From Bacteroidales bacterium (GTDB lineage: Bacteria > Bacteroidota > Bacteroidia > Bacteroidales > UBA932): a stretch of DNA of 37,725 nt. Shown here in pieces: positions 5,544-14,984 of the stretch. The DNA lies in the NCBI GenBank assembly GCA_035380845.1, contig DAOSXZ010000001.1, positions 1-37,725 of the forward strand, given 5' to 3'. The translations under genes were made by a program, and so were the position numbers. A model generated the notes under the pieces. That model was not told where the DNA came from, made no database searches, and saw only the letters and a list, made by a program, of their open reading frames with translations. Position 1 is the stretch's first letter. Every line of letters starts with the position of its first letter.

Positions 5544-8084
5544 ATGAACCAACGGGTAACCATACTGATACTTGCCATACTTTTCTTCCTTCCCGGAAAA
5601 ACTGCAGGCCAGACAGCTGACACGACCGGCCAGATTTCACGCGACACTATGGAAATCGCGCTGCCTGACTCATTGACTATGATCTATCTGGACAGTTTGC
5701 GTATTCCCTATACCGAGGCCCATCGTGTTCCGACACTTGACTCCATGCTGCGTATCACATCAGATGAAAAAGGATTGTTTTACAAATTAGACAGCCTGGG
5801 GCTTCTTATTCTGGATGAAAAAGGGAATCCTGTGGTAGATTCCCTGAAAAGTTTTTCTGCCAGAACGTTATCCCTGATGTCGTTTATGGATAGCCTGGGT
5901 TTGCCACTCAAAGATACAATACGAATTCCGGTACTTGATTCCGCGGGCAGACAGATTCGGGACACCCTGGGATTCTTTTACCAGACAGACAGTACCGGTT
6001 TGATCAAACTGGACAGCCTGGGATCGTTCCTGGTAGATTCACTGGCAACTTACACCACAAAAGAACTCAGGAAAATGGCCCGCCAAAAAAGAAAGGAGGA
6101 AAAAGCCATAGCAGATTCCATATGGAACAGTACGTTTCATCCACTTGAAACATATGTTATACCGGACACCCTGTTATACAGGAGGGTTATTTCCTGGACT
6201 AATGATGAATATTTTAATAATCTGAAATTTAAGCAGATAGACACCAATATCAATAGCAACTTTCACGATTATGCCTACCTGGAAAAGGACGTGGGAGCTG
6301 TTTCCCTGGGGACTGCAGGATCTCCTGCCCTCCCGTTCAACTTCTTTATCCGGGAGACGAAAGAACGTTTTGATTTCTGGAGCCCCGGTATGTATGAAGC
6401 GTATGACAGGAACACCCTTCCGTTCTACAACACAAAATCGCCTTTTACGGTGATGTCCTATACCGGGACGTTGTTCGCTAATAAGGAAACCGAAGAAATG
6501 AATGTAGGCTTTCTTCACACTCAGAATCTTTCACCTTCAACCAACGTACAGTTTTTTTACCAGAAGAAAGGTACAGCCGGATTATTGGAAAATGAGAGTA
6601 CCAATACAAGGACTTTGGCCGTAACCGCGGATTACCTGGGAAAGAAATACATCGTGCACGGAGGCTACATTCGGAATTCCCTGCAAAAAGGTGAAAACGG
6701 AGGTATTCAGGATGACAGCTTCATACTGGACACCCTGGTAGAAGCTCGTACTATCCCGGTTAATCTTTCCAATGCGTCATCCCTGCTTAAAAGCAGTCAG
6801 CTTTTCATCACCCAGAGTTACGGAATTCCTATCAATCTGTTCAAAAGAGACTCTCTGGACACCGGAGAAGGGACCATGATGATTTTAGGACACTCGGGAG
6901 AATGGACCACAATGACACGCAACTATAATGATGAAATAGGCCTGGCAGACAGGGCCGGACGCGCCTTCTACTACGATCGGTTCTTTATGCATCCGACCCG
7001 TACGGCAGATTCTTTACGAACCATGATCGTGGATAACCGGTTTTTCCTGCGCTTGCAACCATGGTCCAACACGGCTATCGTTTCCAAGATAGAAGGAGGC
7101 GTGGGCTATGAACTCATTTCCAATTATTGCTTTAATCCGGATTTCTATACGGAAGGGACTTCCAACCTATGGCAGAATAATATGTACGTATATGCCGGAG
7201 CCTCGGGTATGTTCAAAAAATATTTCCGGTGGAACGCCCTTGGGAAACTGGACTATGCCGGTTATTATGCAGGAGACGTATCTCTGGATGCCAACGTCCG
7301 TTTTTCTTTTTATCCCATGGAATCCGGGATCCATCTTACAGGCAGATTCCTTTTCACCAGGCAGACACCGGATTGGTATACACAGCATTATTATTCCAAC
7401 CATTATATCTGGAACAATGATTTCCAGAAGACAAACCAAACCAGGATAGAAGCCCGGCTTTCCATACCCGGTTGGAAAACTGAAGCCACATTTTCTTATG
7501 GATTACTGGGAAACCGTATCTATTACGATACACTGGGAACAGTAAGACAGTCAGAAGACCTGGTTAACGTCATGACTGCCACCTTGACTAAGAATTTCAG
7601 TTTTTGGTATGTCAGGCTTGATCACAGACTCTTATTCCAGGTATCTTCCAGGCAAGACATTGTACCGTTACCCACTTTCAGTGCCAACCTGAGGTATTAC
7701 CTGGAAATACCCATCGTTAAAGATGTAATGACAGCACAAATTGGGGCCGATATTACTTTTCACACAGCTTACCATATGGAATCCTATAATCCCGCGCTGG
7801 GTGTATTCCATCTGCAAAACGAAAAGAAATACGGCAACACTCCCTATATAGACGCATTTATAAATATGAAATGGAAACGGGCAACCATTTTTGTAAAATA
7901 TGTCAATGCCGCCCAGGGATGGCCAAATAGTGATTATTTTGCAGCGCCGCATTACATTCGTCCACAACGCGTATTTAAACTGGGAATGACGTGGCCGTTT
8001 TACATTAAACCCGGAAAGACAGCTGCTCAGGCTTCTTCTTCCGAAGGATCTCCCGTGAGAGCAGCAGGAAACACCGCCCGCTGA
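5544..8084 (+). CDS. Large outer-membrane beta-barrel protein (Bacteroidetes 'putative porin'-type) with N-terminal LDSxG repeat region
   Basis: I prefer the ATG at 5544 (MNQRVTILILAILFFLPGKTAGQ signal peptide). A ~130 aa repeat region is followed by ~650 aa rich in alternating aromatic/hydrophilic beta-strand patterns, ending in WPF before a low-complexity tail. The family assignment is by resemblance only. Confidence 0.5.
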   Translation: MNQRVTILILAILFFLPGKTAGQTADTTGQISRDTMEIALPDSLTMIYLDSLRIPYTEAHRVPTLDSMLRITSDEKGLFYKLDSLGLLILDEKGNPVVDSLKSFSARTLSLMSFMDSLGLPLKDTIRIPVLDSAGRQIRDTLGFFYQTDSTGLIKLDSLGSFLVDSLATYTTKELRKMARQKRKEEKAIADSIWNSTFHPLETYVIPDTLLYRRVISWTNDEYFNNLKFKQIDTNINSNFHDYAYLEKDVGAVSLGTAGSPALPFNFFIRETKERFDFWSPGMYEAYDRNTLPFYNTKSPFTVMSYTGTLFANKETEEMNVGFLHTQNLSPSTNVQFFYQKKGTAGLLENESTNTRTLAVTADYLGKKYIVHGGYIRNSLQKGENGGIQDDSFILDTLVEARTIPVNLSNASSLLKSSQLFITQSYGIPINLFKRDSLDTGEGTMMILGHSGEWTTMTRNYNDEIGLADRAGRAFYYDRFFMHPTRTADSLRTMIVDNRFFLRLQPWSNTAIVSKIEGGVGYELISNYCFNPDFYTEGTSNLWQNNMYVYAGASGMFKKYFRWNALGKLDYAGYYAGDVSLDANVRFSFYPMESGIHLTGRFLFTRQTPDWYTQHYYSNHYIWNNDFQKTNQTRIEARLSIPGWKTEATFSYGLLGNRIYYDTLGTVRQSEDLVNVMTATLTKNFSFWYVRLDHRLLFQVSSRQDIVPLPTFSANLRYYLEIPIVKDVMTAQIGADITFHTAYHMESYNPALGVFHLQNEKKYGNTPYIDAFINMKWKRATIFVKYVNAAQGWPNSDYFAAPHYIRPQRVFKLGMTWPFYIKPGKTAAQASSSEGSPVRAAGNTAR

Positions 8085-9064
8085 TGTCCAGAAAAAAATT
8101 TCTCATAGCGCTGCTGGCAGCTTTTGTCATATCGTTCCTGTATAAGGAATACTATTCACGGGTGACGCACTCTTCATCCGATATGAGAACAAAAAGAGAA
8201 ATCATACAGGCACAAAACGATACGCTTAGAAGTACCATATACCTTCCCTCTCACGCCGGGACGCGGGTTGGATATCATTACGAGATCATGAGACGTTTTT
8301 CGCAATCCCATGATCTTTCTTTAAAATACATACCCGCAAACGATACGGTTTCGGTATGGGAGCTGCTTACAGAAGATAAAACAGATATTCTGGCCGTGAA
8401 CATTATTCGTGATCCCATTCCAAAATCTCTGACAGGTAAATTATGCATTACACCAAAAATCACACCATTGGGTGAAGTCTGGGTCATGATGAAAAGCAGG
8501 TGTCCCTGGCATTTGAACCTGGTACACTGGCTCATTTTATTTAGACAAAATCCGCAACATTCCCGATTTCAAAGCCGTTTTCTTCCCTCTTCCCCCAACA
8601 GATGTCCTTACGATTCGTTGCTAAGAGCAGTAAGCAGGCCCCTGGGATGGGACTGGCGTATCCTGAGAGCAGTCATGTACCAGGAATCAAAATACAGGAT
8701 GAATGCCCGGTCAGCTGCAGGTGCTATGGGTTTGATGCAAATGAAAGAATCTACTGCCAGGGATATGAAAGTCAAGGATCTTTATAATCCTGAAGATAAT
8801 GTTAAAGGAGCTGTACGGTATTTTGCATATCTGAAAAGAAATATGCATCTGACGCATTTGCCGGAAGAAGAAGAGATCCATTTTGTGCTGGCTGCATACA
8901 ATGCAGGAATGACTCGTATTCAAAAAGACAGGGAACAGGCTGCCACAGAGGGCAAGAATCCGGATAGCTGGTCAGAAGTGGCTCCTTACACGCCTTCACA
9001 AACTCAAAATTATGTAGAAACAATAAAAAAGAGGTACCTGGACTGGGTTACCTCATCCGAATAG
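8084..9064 (+). CDS. Lytic murein transglycosylase (SLT domain, MltF-like with reduced N-terminal solute-binding-like domain)
   Basis: SLT catalytic block MYQESKYRMNARSAAGAMGLMQM...AYNAG. N-terminal TM anchor. The ATG at 8084 shares one nt with the upstream TGA (TGATG). Confidence 0.8.
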   Translation: MSRKKFLIALLAAFVISFLYKEYYSRVTHSSSDMRTKREIIQAQNDTLRSTIYLPSHAGTRVGYHYEIMRRFSQSHDLSLKYIPANDTVSVWELLTEDKTDILAVNIIRDPIPKSLTGKLCITPKITPLGEVWVMMKSRCPWHLNLVHWLILFRQNPQHSRFQSRFLPSSPNRCPYDSLLRAVSRPLGWDWRILRAVMYQESKYRMNARSAAGAMGLMQMKESTARDMKVKDLYNPEDNVKGAVRYFAYLKRNMHLTHLPEEEEIHFVLAAYNAGMTRIQKDREQAATEGKNPDSWSEVAPYTPSQTQNYVETIKKRYLDWVTSSE

Positions 9065-10292
9065 CTTTGTCCGGACTGATCCGGATAATACTTTTCAAAG
9101 GAAGCATAAGAATGCCCAAAAGTAGTCCCAGCGCAGCTGCATCTATCAATAAAACATGATACCAGGACAGATCTACCGGCACACTTTCCACAAAATAGGT
9201 AGATGGATCCAGGGGTATCAATCCCGTAGTCTTTTGTATGATCAGAAATACCACAGCCAGAATCGTACCTGCTGCAATTCCTTTCAGAGCCACACCTGCC
9301 GCATTGTAAAGAAAACTATTTCTGATACTGCGATCTTTCATGCCAATAGCCTTAAACAATCCTATGGAAGACGTTTTTTCAAACAACAGGATCAGCAACC
9401 CGGACATCATATTGAACCCGGCCACAAGAACCATCAAGGCAAGCAAAATGACCACGTTTATATCCATCAAATCCAGCCAGTCGTAGAGATGCGAATAGAC
9501 CCTTTTCACATTGCGCAAAACAACTCCGTCATCTGTATCTGAACTGTTGGCAATGATAAAATCTTCAATACTCTCCTGCCCGGCTTCAATCCGGTTTTTA
9601 CCTTTTAAAAAGAGTTCCATACCGCTTACCTGGTCATCCTGCCACCCGTTTAATTTTTGAGTGTGTCTAATATCACCAATGATTAAATGATTGTCTATAT
9701 CTTCCAATTGGGCATCATATATTCCTGATACAATAAACCGTCGCATCCTTACATTGTCCCCGATGAAATACATGGTCACCACATCCTGAAGCCCTATCTG
9801 CAGAAGCATTGACAGGCGACGTGATATCAGGATCTCGCTGGAGGAAGCATCCTGAGTGAAAACCGGTATGTTTCCTTCCTGTAGATGTCTTTCAAAGAAA
9901 TCCCAACGGTAATTGGCCCCCACACCTTTCAATGATACGGCCTGTATGGCTTCCCCTGTATTAATAATTCCGTATGACACAGCATACTCTTGAATATGAT
10001 CGACAGCCGGATGATTTTTCAAATTTTCCAGGTACGACAGATTCGTTGACACAGGTATGTCTTCTGTTACAAAGCCGGCACCCGGAGCCTCCATAAGTAT
10101 CTCGCCTGTAAACCCAACCGCGCGCTTTTGAATCTCGTTTCTGAAGCCTCTGACAATAGCAACAGACAGTATCATGGTAAACACACTGACAGCTACACTT
10201 ATTATGGCTATCCGGTTTCCCATGCGGCTTACCCGGCCAGTTGAAGTAGCATCGCCCTTAAGTTTCCCGGCTATATAAACGGCGATATTCAT
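9048..10292 (-). CDS. FtsX/LolC/LolE-family ABC transporter permease
   Basis: 414 aa. An N-terminal TM is followed by a large periplasmic loop and three C-terminal TMs, with the FtsX-type segment LLALMVLVAGFNMMSGLLILLFEKTSSIGLFKAIGM. The 3' end overlaps the convergent transglycosylase by 17 nt. Confidence 0.8.
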   Translation of the reverse strand: MNIAVYIAGKLKGDATSTGRVSRMGNRIAIISVAVSVFTMILSVAIVRGFRNEIQKRAVGFTGEILMEAPGAGFVTEDIPVSTNLSYLENLKNHPAVDHIQEYAVSYGIINTGEAIQAVSLKGVGANYRWDFFERHLQEGNIPVFTQDASSSEILISRRLSMLLQIGLQDVVTMYFIGDNVRMRRFIVSGIYDAQLEDIDNHLIIGDIRHTQKLNGWQDDQVSGMELFLKGKNRIEAGQESIEDFIIANSSDTDDGVVLRNVKRVYSHLYDWLDLMDINVVILLALMVLVAGFNMMSGLLILLFEKTSSIGLFKAIGMKDRSIRNSFLYNAAGVALKGIAAGTILAVVFLIIQKTTGLIPLDPSTYFVESVPVDLSWYHVLLIDAAALGLLLGILMLPLKSIIRISPDKAIRMR

Positions 10293-10315
10293 GTTGCTTA
10301 TAAAAAATTATTCGC

Positions 10316-10323
10316 TATATTTG
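10316..10323 (+). promoter_or_regulatory. -7 promoter box TATATTTG upstream of tRNA-Gly
   Basis: Exact TAnnTTTG match, 16 nt upstream of the tRNA 5' end. Confidence 0.5.
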
Positions 10324-10339
10324 CTCCCCTGTTTGAAAT

Positions 10340-10412
10340 GCGGGAATAGCTCAGTCGGTAGAGCATCAGCTTCCCAAGCTGAGGGTCGCGAGTTCGAACC
10401 TCGTTTCCCGCT
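10340..10412 (+). tRNA. tRNA-Gly (anticodon CCC)
   Basis: Hand-folded cloverleaf. Acceptor GCGGGAA/TTCCCGC. D-arm GCTC-AGTCGGTA-GAGC. Anticodon arm TCAGC-TTCCCAA-GCTGA (CCC at loop positions 3-5). Variable loop GGGTC. T-arm GCGAG-TTCGAAC-CTCGT. Discriminator T. No encoded CCA. Confidence 0.93.
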
Positions 10413-10437
10413 CAAAACCAAACCTGAAACCTGACTT

Positions 10438-11331
10438 TTATTCGTCATCCTCGTCAATTTCTATGAGCAGGGAATGGTCTTTCCCAAACATTTCCATAAT
10501 CTTTTCCAGCTTTGAAACAATGCGGTTATCTGCGTTTTCCTCCAAGGCAGAAAAACTATAGTATAATGTTTCGGTATAAATCTGTGCCAAATCTTCCGAT
10601 TGGGCTTCGCGAAATGAGTCAGCAGGTATTTGCAGGTTCATGTCACTTAAAAACGACCGTAGTTCGGTATGGGGAAATAAGTGTCCGTTCTTATATACAT
10701 TTACGTAGAACAAGACTTTTCCTGAGGTATCGGTAACCGCCGGCAGAAATCCGCCTTTAAAGACCCTTCCTCTGACAGGTATTCCTGCATGGTATGCAAT
10801 CAATAAGTAAATTATACCTATTATGACGGGGCTTCCTGTTTTGTTTTTTAGCGCTCTGTGAATATAAGTATTCCCGGGATCAGAGAACATAGGATCTACC
10901 GTTTTATAATGCAATCTGTTGAAAAAAACATGATTATACAATTTCACCTTTTCCATAAATGTCTGATTGTCGTTAATCTCAACAACAATCTCATTTACGT
11001 GATCCATCAGTATATCATGCAACACTCCCTTATCTACATCATTACTCAGGAGATCCTGTATAAAACAAAGACCGGTCATCAGATCGTCCTTTGTATTACC
11101 AATCCAGTTGCGCAAAGCTTCAAATTTCAGTTCTTCCCTTAAAGCCGACAACATATCCTCTACGCCGGGATATTTATCTTCATTTTCATCTCTGCAAATG
11201 CCCTCCAGTTCCTCAATGGCCGGACGTCCCATATTCTTGAGTTGCCGGAACAAAGCATCCCTTACATATTGATCGGGATCATCCAGAAGGGGTACAATAT
11301 CTAATATTTCCGTTTTACGAACCATGCTCAT
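10438..11331 (-). CDS. SirB1/YchA-like transglutaminase-fold protein with HEAT-like N-terminus
   Basis: 297 aa. YNHVFFNRLHYK...DPGNTYIHRALKNKTGSPVIIGIIYLLIAYHAGIPVRG..F.GGFL resembles the Transglut_core2/SirB1 core. Its start overlaps the phosphorylase 3' end by 17 nt. Confidence 0.6.
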   Translation of the reverse strand: MSMVRKTEILDIVPLLDDPDQYVRDALFRQLKNMGRPAIEELEGICRDENEDKYPGVEDMLSALREELKFEALRNWIGNTKDDLMTGLCFIQDLLSNDVDKGVLHDILMDHVNEIVVEINDNQTFMEKVKLYNHVFFNRLHYKTVDPMFSDPGNTYIHRALKNKTGSPVIIGIIYLLIAYHAGIPVRGRVFKGGFLPAVTDTSGKVLFYVNVYKNGHLFPHTELRSFLSDMNLQIPADSFREAQSEDLAQIYTETLYYSFSALEENADNRIVSKLEKIMEMFGKDHSLLIEIDEDDE

Positions 11332-12196
11332 TACAAAATTTTTCCAGGATAACTGCGGCTTTATCTACCATCAGTCCTTTGTAATCCACATTCATGTCTT
11401 TACTACTCCGTTGTGCAATAATCATGCAAACCGTTGCTCCCCGGTGTCCCATAAGCCGTGAAAGGCCGGCAATAGCAGATCCCTCCATTTCAAAATTAGT
11501 AATCCTCAGGTTTTTATAACGGAACGAAGACAATTTTTGCAAATAATCAGGGTCAGACAACTGAAGTCTGATTACACGTCCCTGAGGTCCGTAAAAACCA
11601 GGTGCAGAAAGTGTGATTCCCTGTTCGGCATCCATAAAGCGTTTTCCTGTTTCTTCAGAATTTTTTACAAAATACGGAGTAGCCAGCAACGGAGACCATT
11701 CCATATGTTGCATGAAAGCTTTTTCCATCTCTTTGTCACATACTTCATCCCTTCCTTCGTACCAGTTTAGCAATCCGTCAATGCCTGCCGAATATTTTGA
11801 AAAAATAAGCGTGCCGGTAGGAATGTCAGATTGTATGGCGCCTGAAGTTCCCAGGCGTAATATATCGAGTGTACGGTGTTCTTGTCTGAATGTCCTGGTT
11901 TTGAAATCAATGTTGGCCAGCGCATCAAGTTCATTCATAACTATGTCAATATTGTCGGTCCCAATCCCGGTGGACAATATGGTCAGTCTTTTACGACCGA
12001 AAAAACCTGTTGCCGCCACGAATTCCCTGCTGTGTGAAACAAATTCCACATCCGTTAACAGTTCGCGCAATAAAGCCACACGATCGGGATCCCCTACCAG
12101 CAAAACTTTGTCAGCCAGCTGTTCAGGACGAAGGTGCAGGTGAAACACACTCCCGTCACTGTTGATAACCAATTCTGAAGGTTCAATAATTTTCAT
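11315..12196 (-). CDS. PNP/UDP-family nucleoside phosphorylase (uridine phosphorylase-like)
   Basis: 293 aa. VFHLHL...VLLVGDPDRV...SHREF...STGIGTDNIDIVMNEL and FEMEGSAIAGL parallel the E. coli Udp blocks. Confidence 0.8.
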   Translation of the reverse strand: MKIIEPSELVINSDGSVFHLHLRPEQLADKVLLVGDPDRVALLRELLTDVEFVSHSREFVAATGFFGRKRLTILSTGIGTDNIDIVMNELDALANIDFKTRTFRQEHRTLDILRLGTSGAIQSDIPTGTLIFSKYSAGIDGLLNWYEGRDEVCDKEMEKAFMQHMEWSPLLATPYFVKNSEETGKRFMDAEQGITLSAPGFYGPQGRVIRLQLSDPDYLQKLSSFRYKNLRITNFEMEGSAIAGLSRLMGHRGATVCMIIAQRSSKDMNVDYKGLMVDKAAVILEKFCNEHGS

Positions 12197-12200
12197 ATTG

Positions 12201-12239
12201 CAAATTTAGAGGAAAATCCGTGATTTTCCTCTAAATTTG
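12201..12239. promoter_or_regulatory. Perfect 18-bp inverted repeat (3-nt spacer) carrying two back-to-back -7 boxes in a divergent intergenic region
   Basis: Left arm CAAATTTAGAGGAAAATC (12201-12218), spacer cgt, right arm GATTTTCCTCTAAATTTG (12222-12239). The arms are exact reverse complements. The right arm ends in TAAATTTG on plus, 21 nt before ATG 12261. The left arm gives TAAATTTG on minus, 4 nt before ATG 12196. Confidence 0.6.
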
Positions 12240-12260
12240 TTCCAATAAAACAATCGACTT

Positions 12261-12644
12261 ATGATACAACGCATTCAGACTTTATACCTGACTGTGGCCT
12301 TAGGCCTTATGATCTCTTTATTCTTTGGAGTATACGCTACTTACATCCCTTTCATCGTCCTGACAGGAGCGGTATGTGCATTGCTGGCAATCACCATATT
12401 CCTTTTCAAAGCCCGAAAAATCCAGATTCGTCTTTGTATATATACCTCCCTGATTTTGCTGGGTCTCCAGATATGGATGGGCGCCGTTTATTTCAAAAAT
12501 ATGGCCAGTTTGCGTTTTCCTGTTACTACGGTTTTTCCTCTTGTATGTATCATTTTGGTAATCCTGGCCCTTCGCGCCATTGGCAGTGATGAAGCCCTGG
12601 TGCAATCCTATAACAGACTTCGTTCAGGGAAGGGTAAAAAGTGA
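12261..12644 (+). CDS. DUF4293-like small integral membrane protein
   Basis: 127 aa with four predicted TM helices. The N-terminus MIQRIQTLYL is characteristic of Bacteroidetes DUF4293 proteins, as far as I recall. Confidence 0.6.
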   Translation: MIQRIQTLYLTVALGLMISLFFGVYATYIPFIVLTGAVCALLAITIFLFKARKIQIRLCIYTSLILLGLQIWMGAVYFKNMASLRFPVTTVFPLVCIILVILALRAIGSDEALVQSYNRLRSGKGKK

Positions 12645-12710
12645 TTTTTTTATTATCTTCGTAAATTATAGTAATCTATCTATTTCATTAAACGATAAAA
12701 CATAAATTTT

Positions 12711-14201
12711 ATGGAAAAAAACATCTCTCGAAGAAATTTCTTACAAAAAAGCGCCATGGCCACAGCCGGTGCTATTGTTGCTTCTTCTCCGCTGATGGCT
12801 AAAGTTCCTCTGGATTCACAGAAGAAAAAGAAAACAGCAGCTACCGACAAGCTCAACATTGCCGGAATAGGTATTGGAGGAAGAGGAGGCGGAGTTATCC
12901 GTGAACTGAGTTCTGAAAACATTGTCGCTTTGTGCGATGTTGACTGGAAATACGCTGCCGGACAATTTCAAACATACCCGAATGCGAAAAAATATAAAGA
13001 TTTTCGCAAATTGTTTGATGAAATGGGGAACAAGATCGATGCCGTTGTTGTTGGTACGGCCGATCATACCCATGCCGTTATCGCCGCACAGGCACTTTCC
13101 ATGGGAAAACATGTTTATTGTGAGAAACCCCTTACACATACCGTATACGAAACCAGATTGCTGACCCGTCTGGCCGCAAAGCATAAAGTAGCAACTCAAA
13201 TGGGAAACCAGGGTGCTTCAGGCGCCGGGGTAAGACAAATATGTGAAGCTATATGGTCCGGCATGATAGGAGAAGTAACCAAAGTGGAAGCCTTTACGGA
13301 CCGACCCATCTGGCCCCAAGGGCTGGAAACTCCCACGGAAGCCCATACCCCTCATCCCGACCTGGACTGGGACCTTTTCATTGGACCTGCCCCCTACCGT
13401 CCTTACAACGAAATCTACCACCCCTGGAATTGGCGCGGATGGTGGGATTTCGGAACCGGTGCCCTGGGAGATATGGCCTGCCATATCCTTCAACCCGTGG
13501 TTAAAGCATTGAATCTGAAATCTCCGGTTGCCGTTCAGGGCAGCTCCACTTCCCTGATGACAGATTGTGCCCCTAACGCACAGATAGCCAAATTTGTTTT
13601 CCCGGCACGTGACAATATGCCCAAAGTAGGTATGCCACGCGTGGAAGTTACCTGGTACGATGGAGGACTCATTCCCGAATATCCGAAAGGATGGCCTGCA
13701 GGACGCAATATGAATGACAGCGGCGGTGCGGTTATTTTCCACGGAACAAAGGACACTCTAATCTGCGGATGTTACGGAGTAAACCCCTGGCTGATCTCTG
13801 GCAAAGAAATACCTACCCCTTCCATGACAAGGGAAGTTCCTGAAAACAATCACTATACGGATTTTATACGTGCCTGCAAGGAAAGTCCTGAAAGCCGGAT
13901 AAAGACTGCTTCTGATTTTTCCGAGGCCGGACCTCTGAATGAAATGGTTGTCATGGGTGTCCTGGCTGTGCGTCTGCAAGGTTTGAACCGTGAACTCCTG
14001 TGGGACGGAGATGCCATGAAATTCACCAACATTTCTCCCAACGACAGCCTTAGAATGAAGGTTAAGGACGGCTTCTCCATTAAAGACGGTCACCCCACCT
14101 TCAACAATGAATATACAGATCCCATCAACGCCCTGGAATTTTCAAACGAATTGATCCGCCATACATACAGGGCCGGTTATTCTTTGCCTGAAATGCCGTA
14201 A
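12711..14201 (+). CDS. Gfo/Idh/MocA-family oxidoreductase with twin-arginine (TAT) signal
   Basis: 496 aa. TAT motif SRRNFLQKSAMATAGAIVA. Rossmann motif NIAGIGIGGRGG. The EKP motif of the family appears in VYCEKPLTH. Confidence 0.85.
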   Translation: MEKNISRRNFLQKSAMATAGAIVASSPLMAKVPLDSQKKKKTAATDKLNIAGIGIGGRGGGVIRELSSENIVALCDVDWKYAAGQFQTYPNAKKYKDFRKLFDEMGNKIDAVVVGTADHTHAVIAAQALSMGKHVYCEKPLTHTVYETRLLTRLAAKHKVATQMGNQGASGAGVRQICEAIWSGMIGEVTKVEAFTDRPIWPQGLETPTEAHTPHPDLDWDLFIGPAPYRPYNEIYHPWNWRGWWDFGTGALGDMACHILQPVVKALNLKSPVAVQGSSTSLMTDCAPNAQIAKFVFPARDNMPKVGMPRVEVTWYDGGLIPEYPKGWPAGRNMNDSGGAVIFHGTKDTLICGCYGVNPWLISGKEIPTPSMTREVPENNHYTDFIRACKESPESRIKTASDFSEAGPLNEMVVMGVLAVRLQGLNRELLWDGDAMKFTNISPNDSLRMKVKDGFSIKDGHPTFNNEYTDPINALEFSNELIRHTYRAGYSLPEMP

Positions 14202-14219
14202 ACTTAAACTCAACATAAT

Positions 14220-14984
14220 ATGAAAAAACTTTTAATAATCCCCATTCTCATGACTGCGTTAATCGCAAGCTCTTGTGCTTCCTGTAATAACAACAAGAAG
14301 GAAGTACAGGAAGAAGACCCTAACGTTGTTATTCTCTTTGACGGAGAAACGTTTGAAGGCTGGCGTGCCTACAACGGCACCGATATTCCCGGAGCATGGA
14401 CCATAGAAGAAGGCGCCATCAAGATCAACGGTTCCGGCCGCGGTGAGGCCGGTGCTGAAAACGGCGGTGACATTGTTTTTGACTGCAAATTCGGAAACTT
14501 TGAACTTACTTTTGAATGGAAAGTAGCAAAAGGCTCCAACTCGGGTATTTTTTACCTGGCACAGGAAGTTCCCGGAGAGCCCATTTACATCTCGGCTCCG
14601 GAATACCAGGTTCTGGACAACGCAAATCATCCCGATGCCATGCTGGGTATAGACGGCAACCGCCAATCTGCTTCCCTTTACGACATGATCCCTGCCAAAC
14701 CGCAGAACTCCAAACCTTTTGGCGAGTGGAACACAGGGAAAATCCTGGTCTATAAAGGCACCGTGGCTCATTTCCAAAACGGAGAACCGGTTCTTGAATA
14801 CCATTTGTGGACTCCCCAATGGCAGGAAATGCTGGACAACAGCAAATTCAGCAAAGAAAAATGGCCTGTCGCTTACGATCTGTTACTGAATTGCGGTGGT
14901 GAAGAAAAAGCAGGATACATTGGTTTGCAGGATCATGGCGATGATGTATGGTTCAGAAACATCAAAGTAAAAATCCTTGACTAA
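14220..14984 (+). CDS. DUF1080 / 3-keto-disaccharide hydrolase family lipoprotein
   Basis: 254 aa. Lipobox LIASSC. Family-typical blocks W.....W.IEEGAI, F.L.FEWK...GSNSGIFY, EYQVLDN, and C-terminal GYIGLQDHGDDVWFRNIKVK. Confidence 0.8.
   Translation: MKKLLIIPILMTALIASSCASCNNNKKEVQEEDPNVVILFDGETFEGWRAYNGTDIPGAWTIEEGAIKINGSGRGEAGAENGGDIVFDCKFGNFELTFEWKVAKGSNSGIFYLAQEVPGEPIYISAPEYQVLDNANHPDAMLGIDGNRQSASLYDMIPAKPQNSKPFGEWNTGKILVYKGTVAHFQNGEPVLEYHLWTPQWQEMLDNSKFSKEKWPVAYDLLLNCGGEEKAGYIGLQDHGDDVWFRNIKVKILD

Noticed and set aside
10340-10412. tRNA-Gly as a possible integration hotspot or island boundary.
   Set aside because: No integrase or recombinase gene and no duplicated tRNA 3' fragment was noticed. 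Housekeeping genes flank it on both sides.
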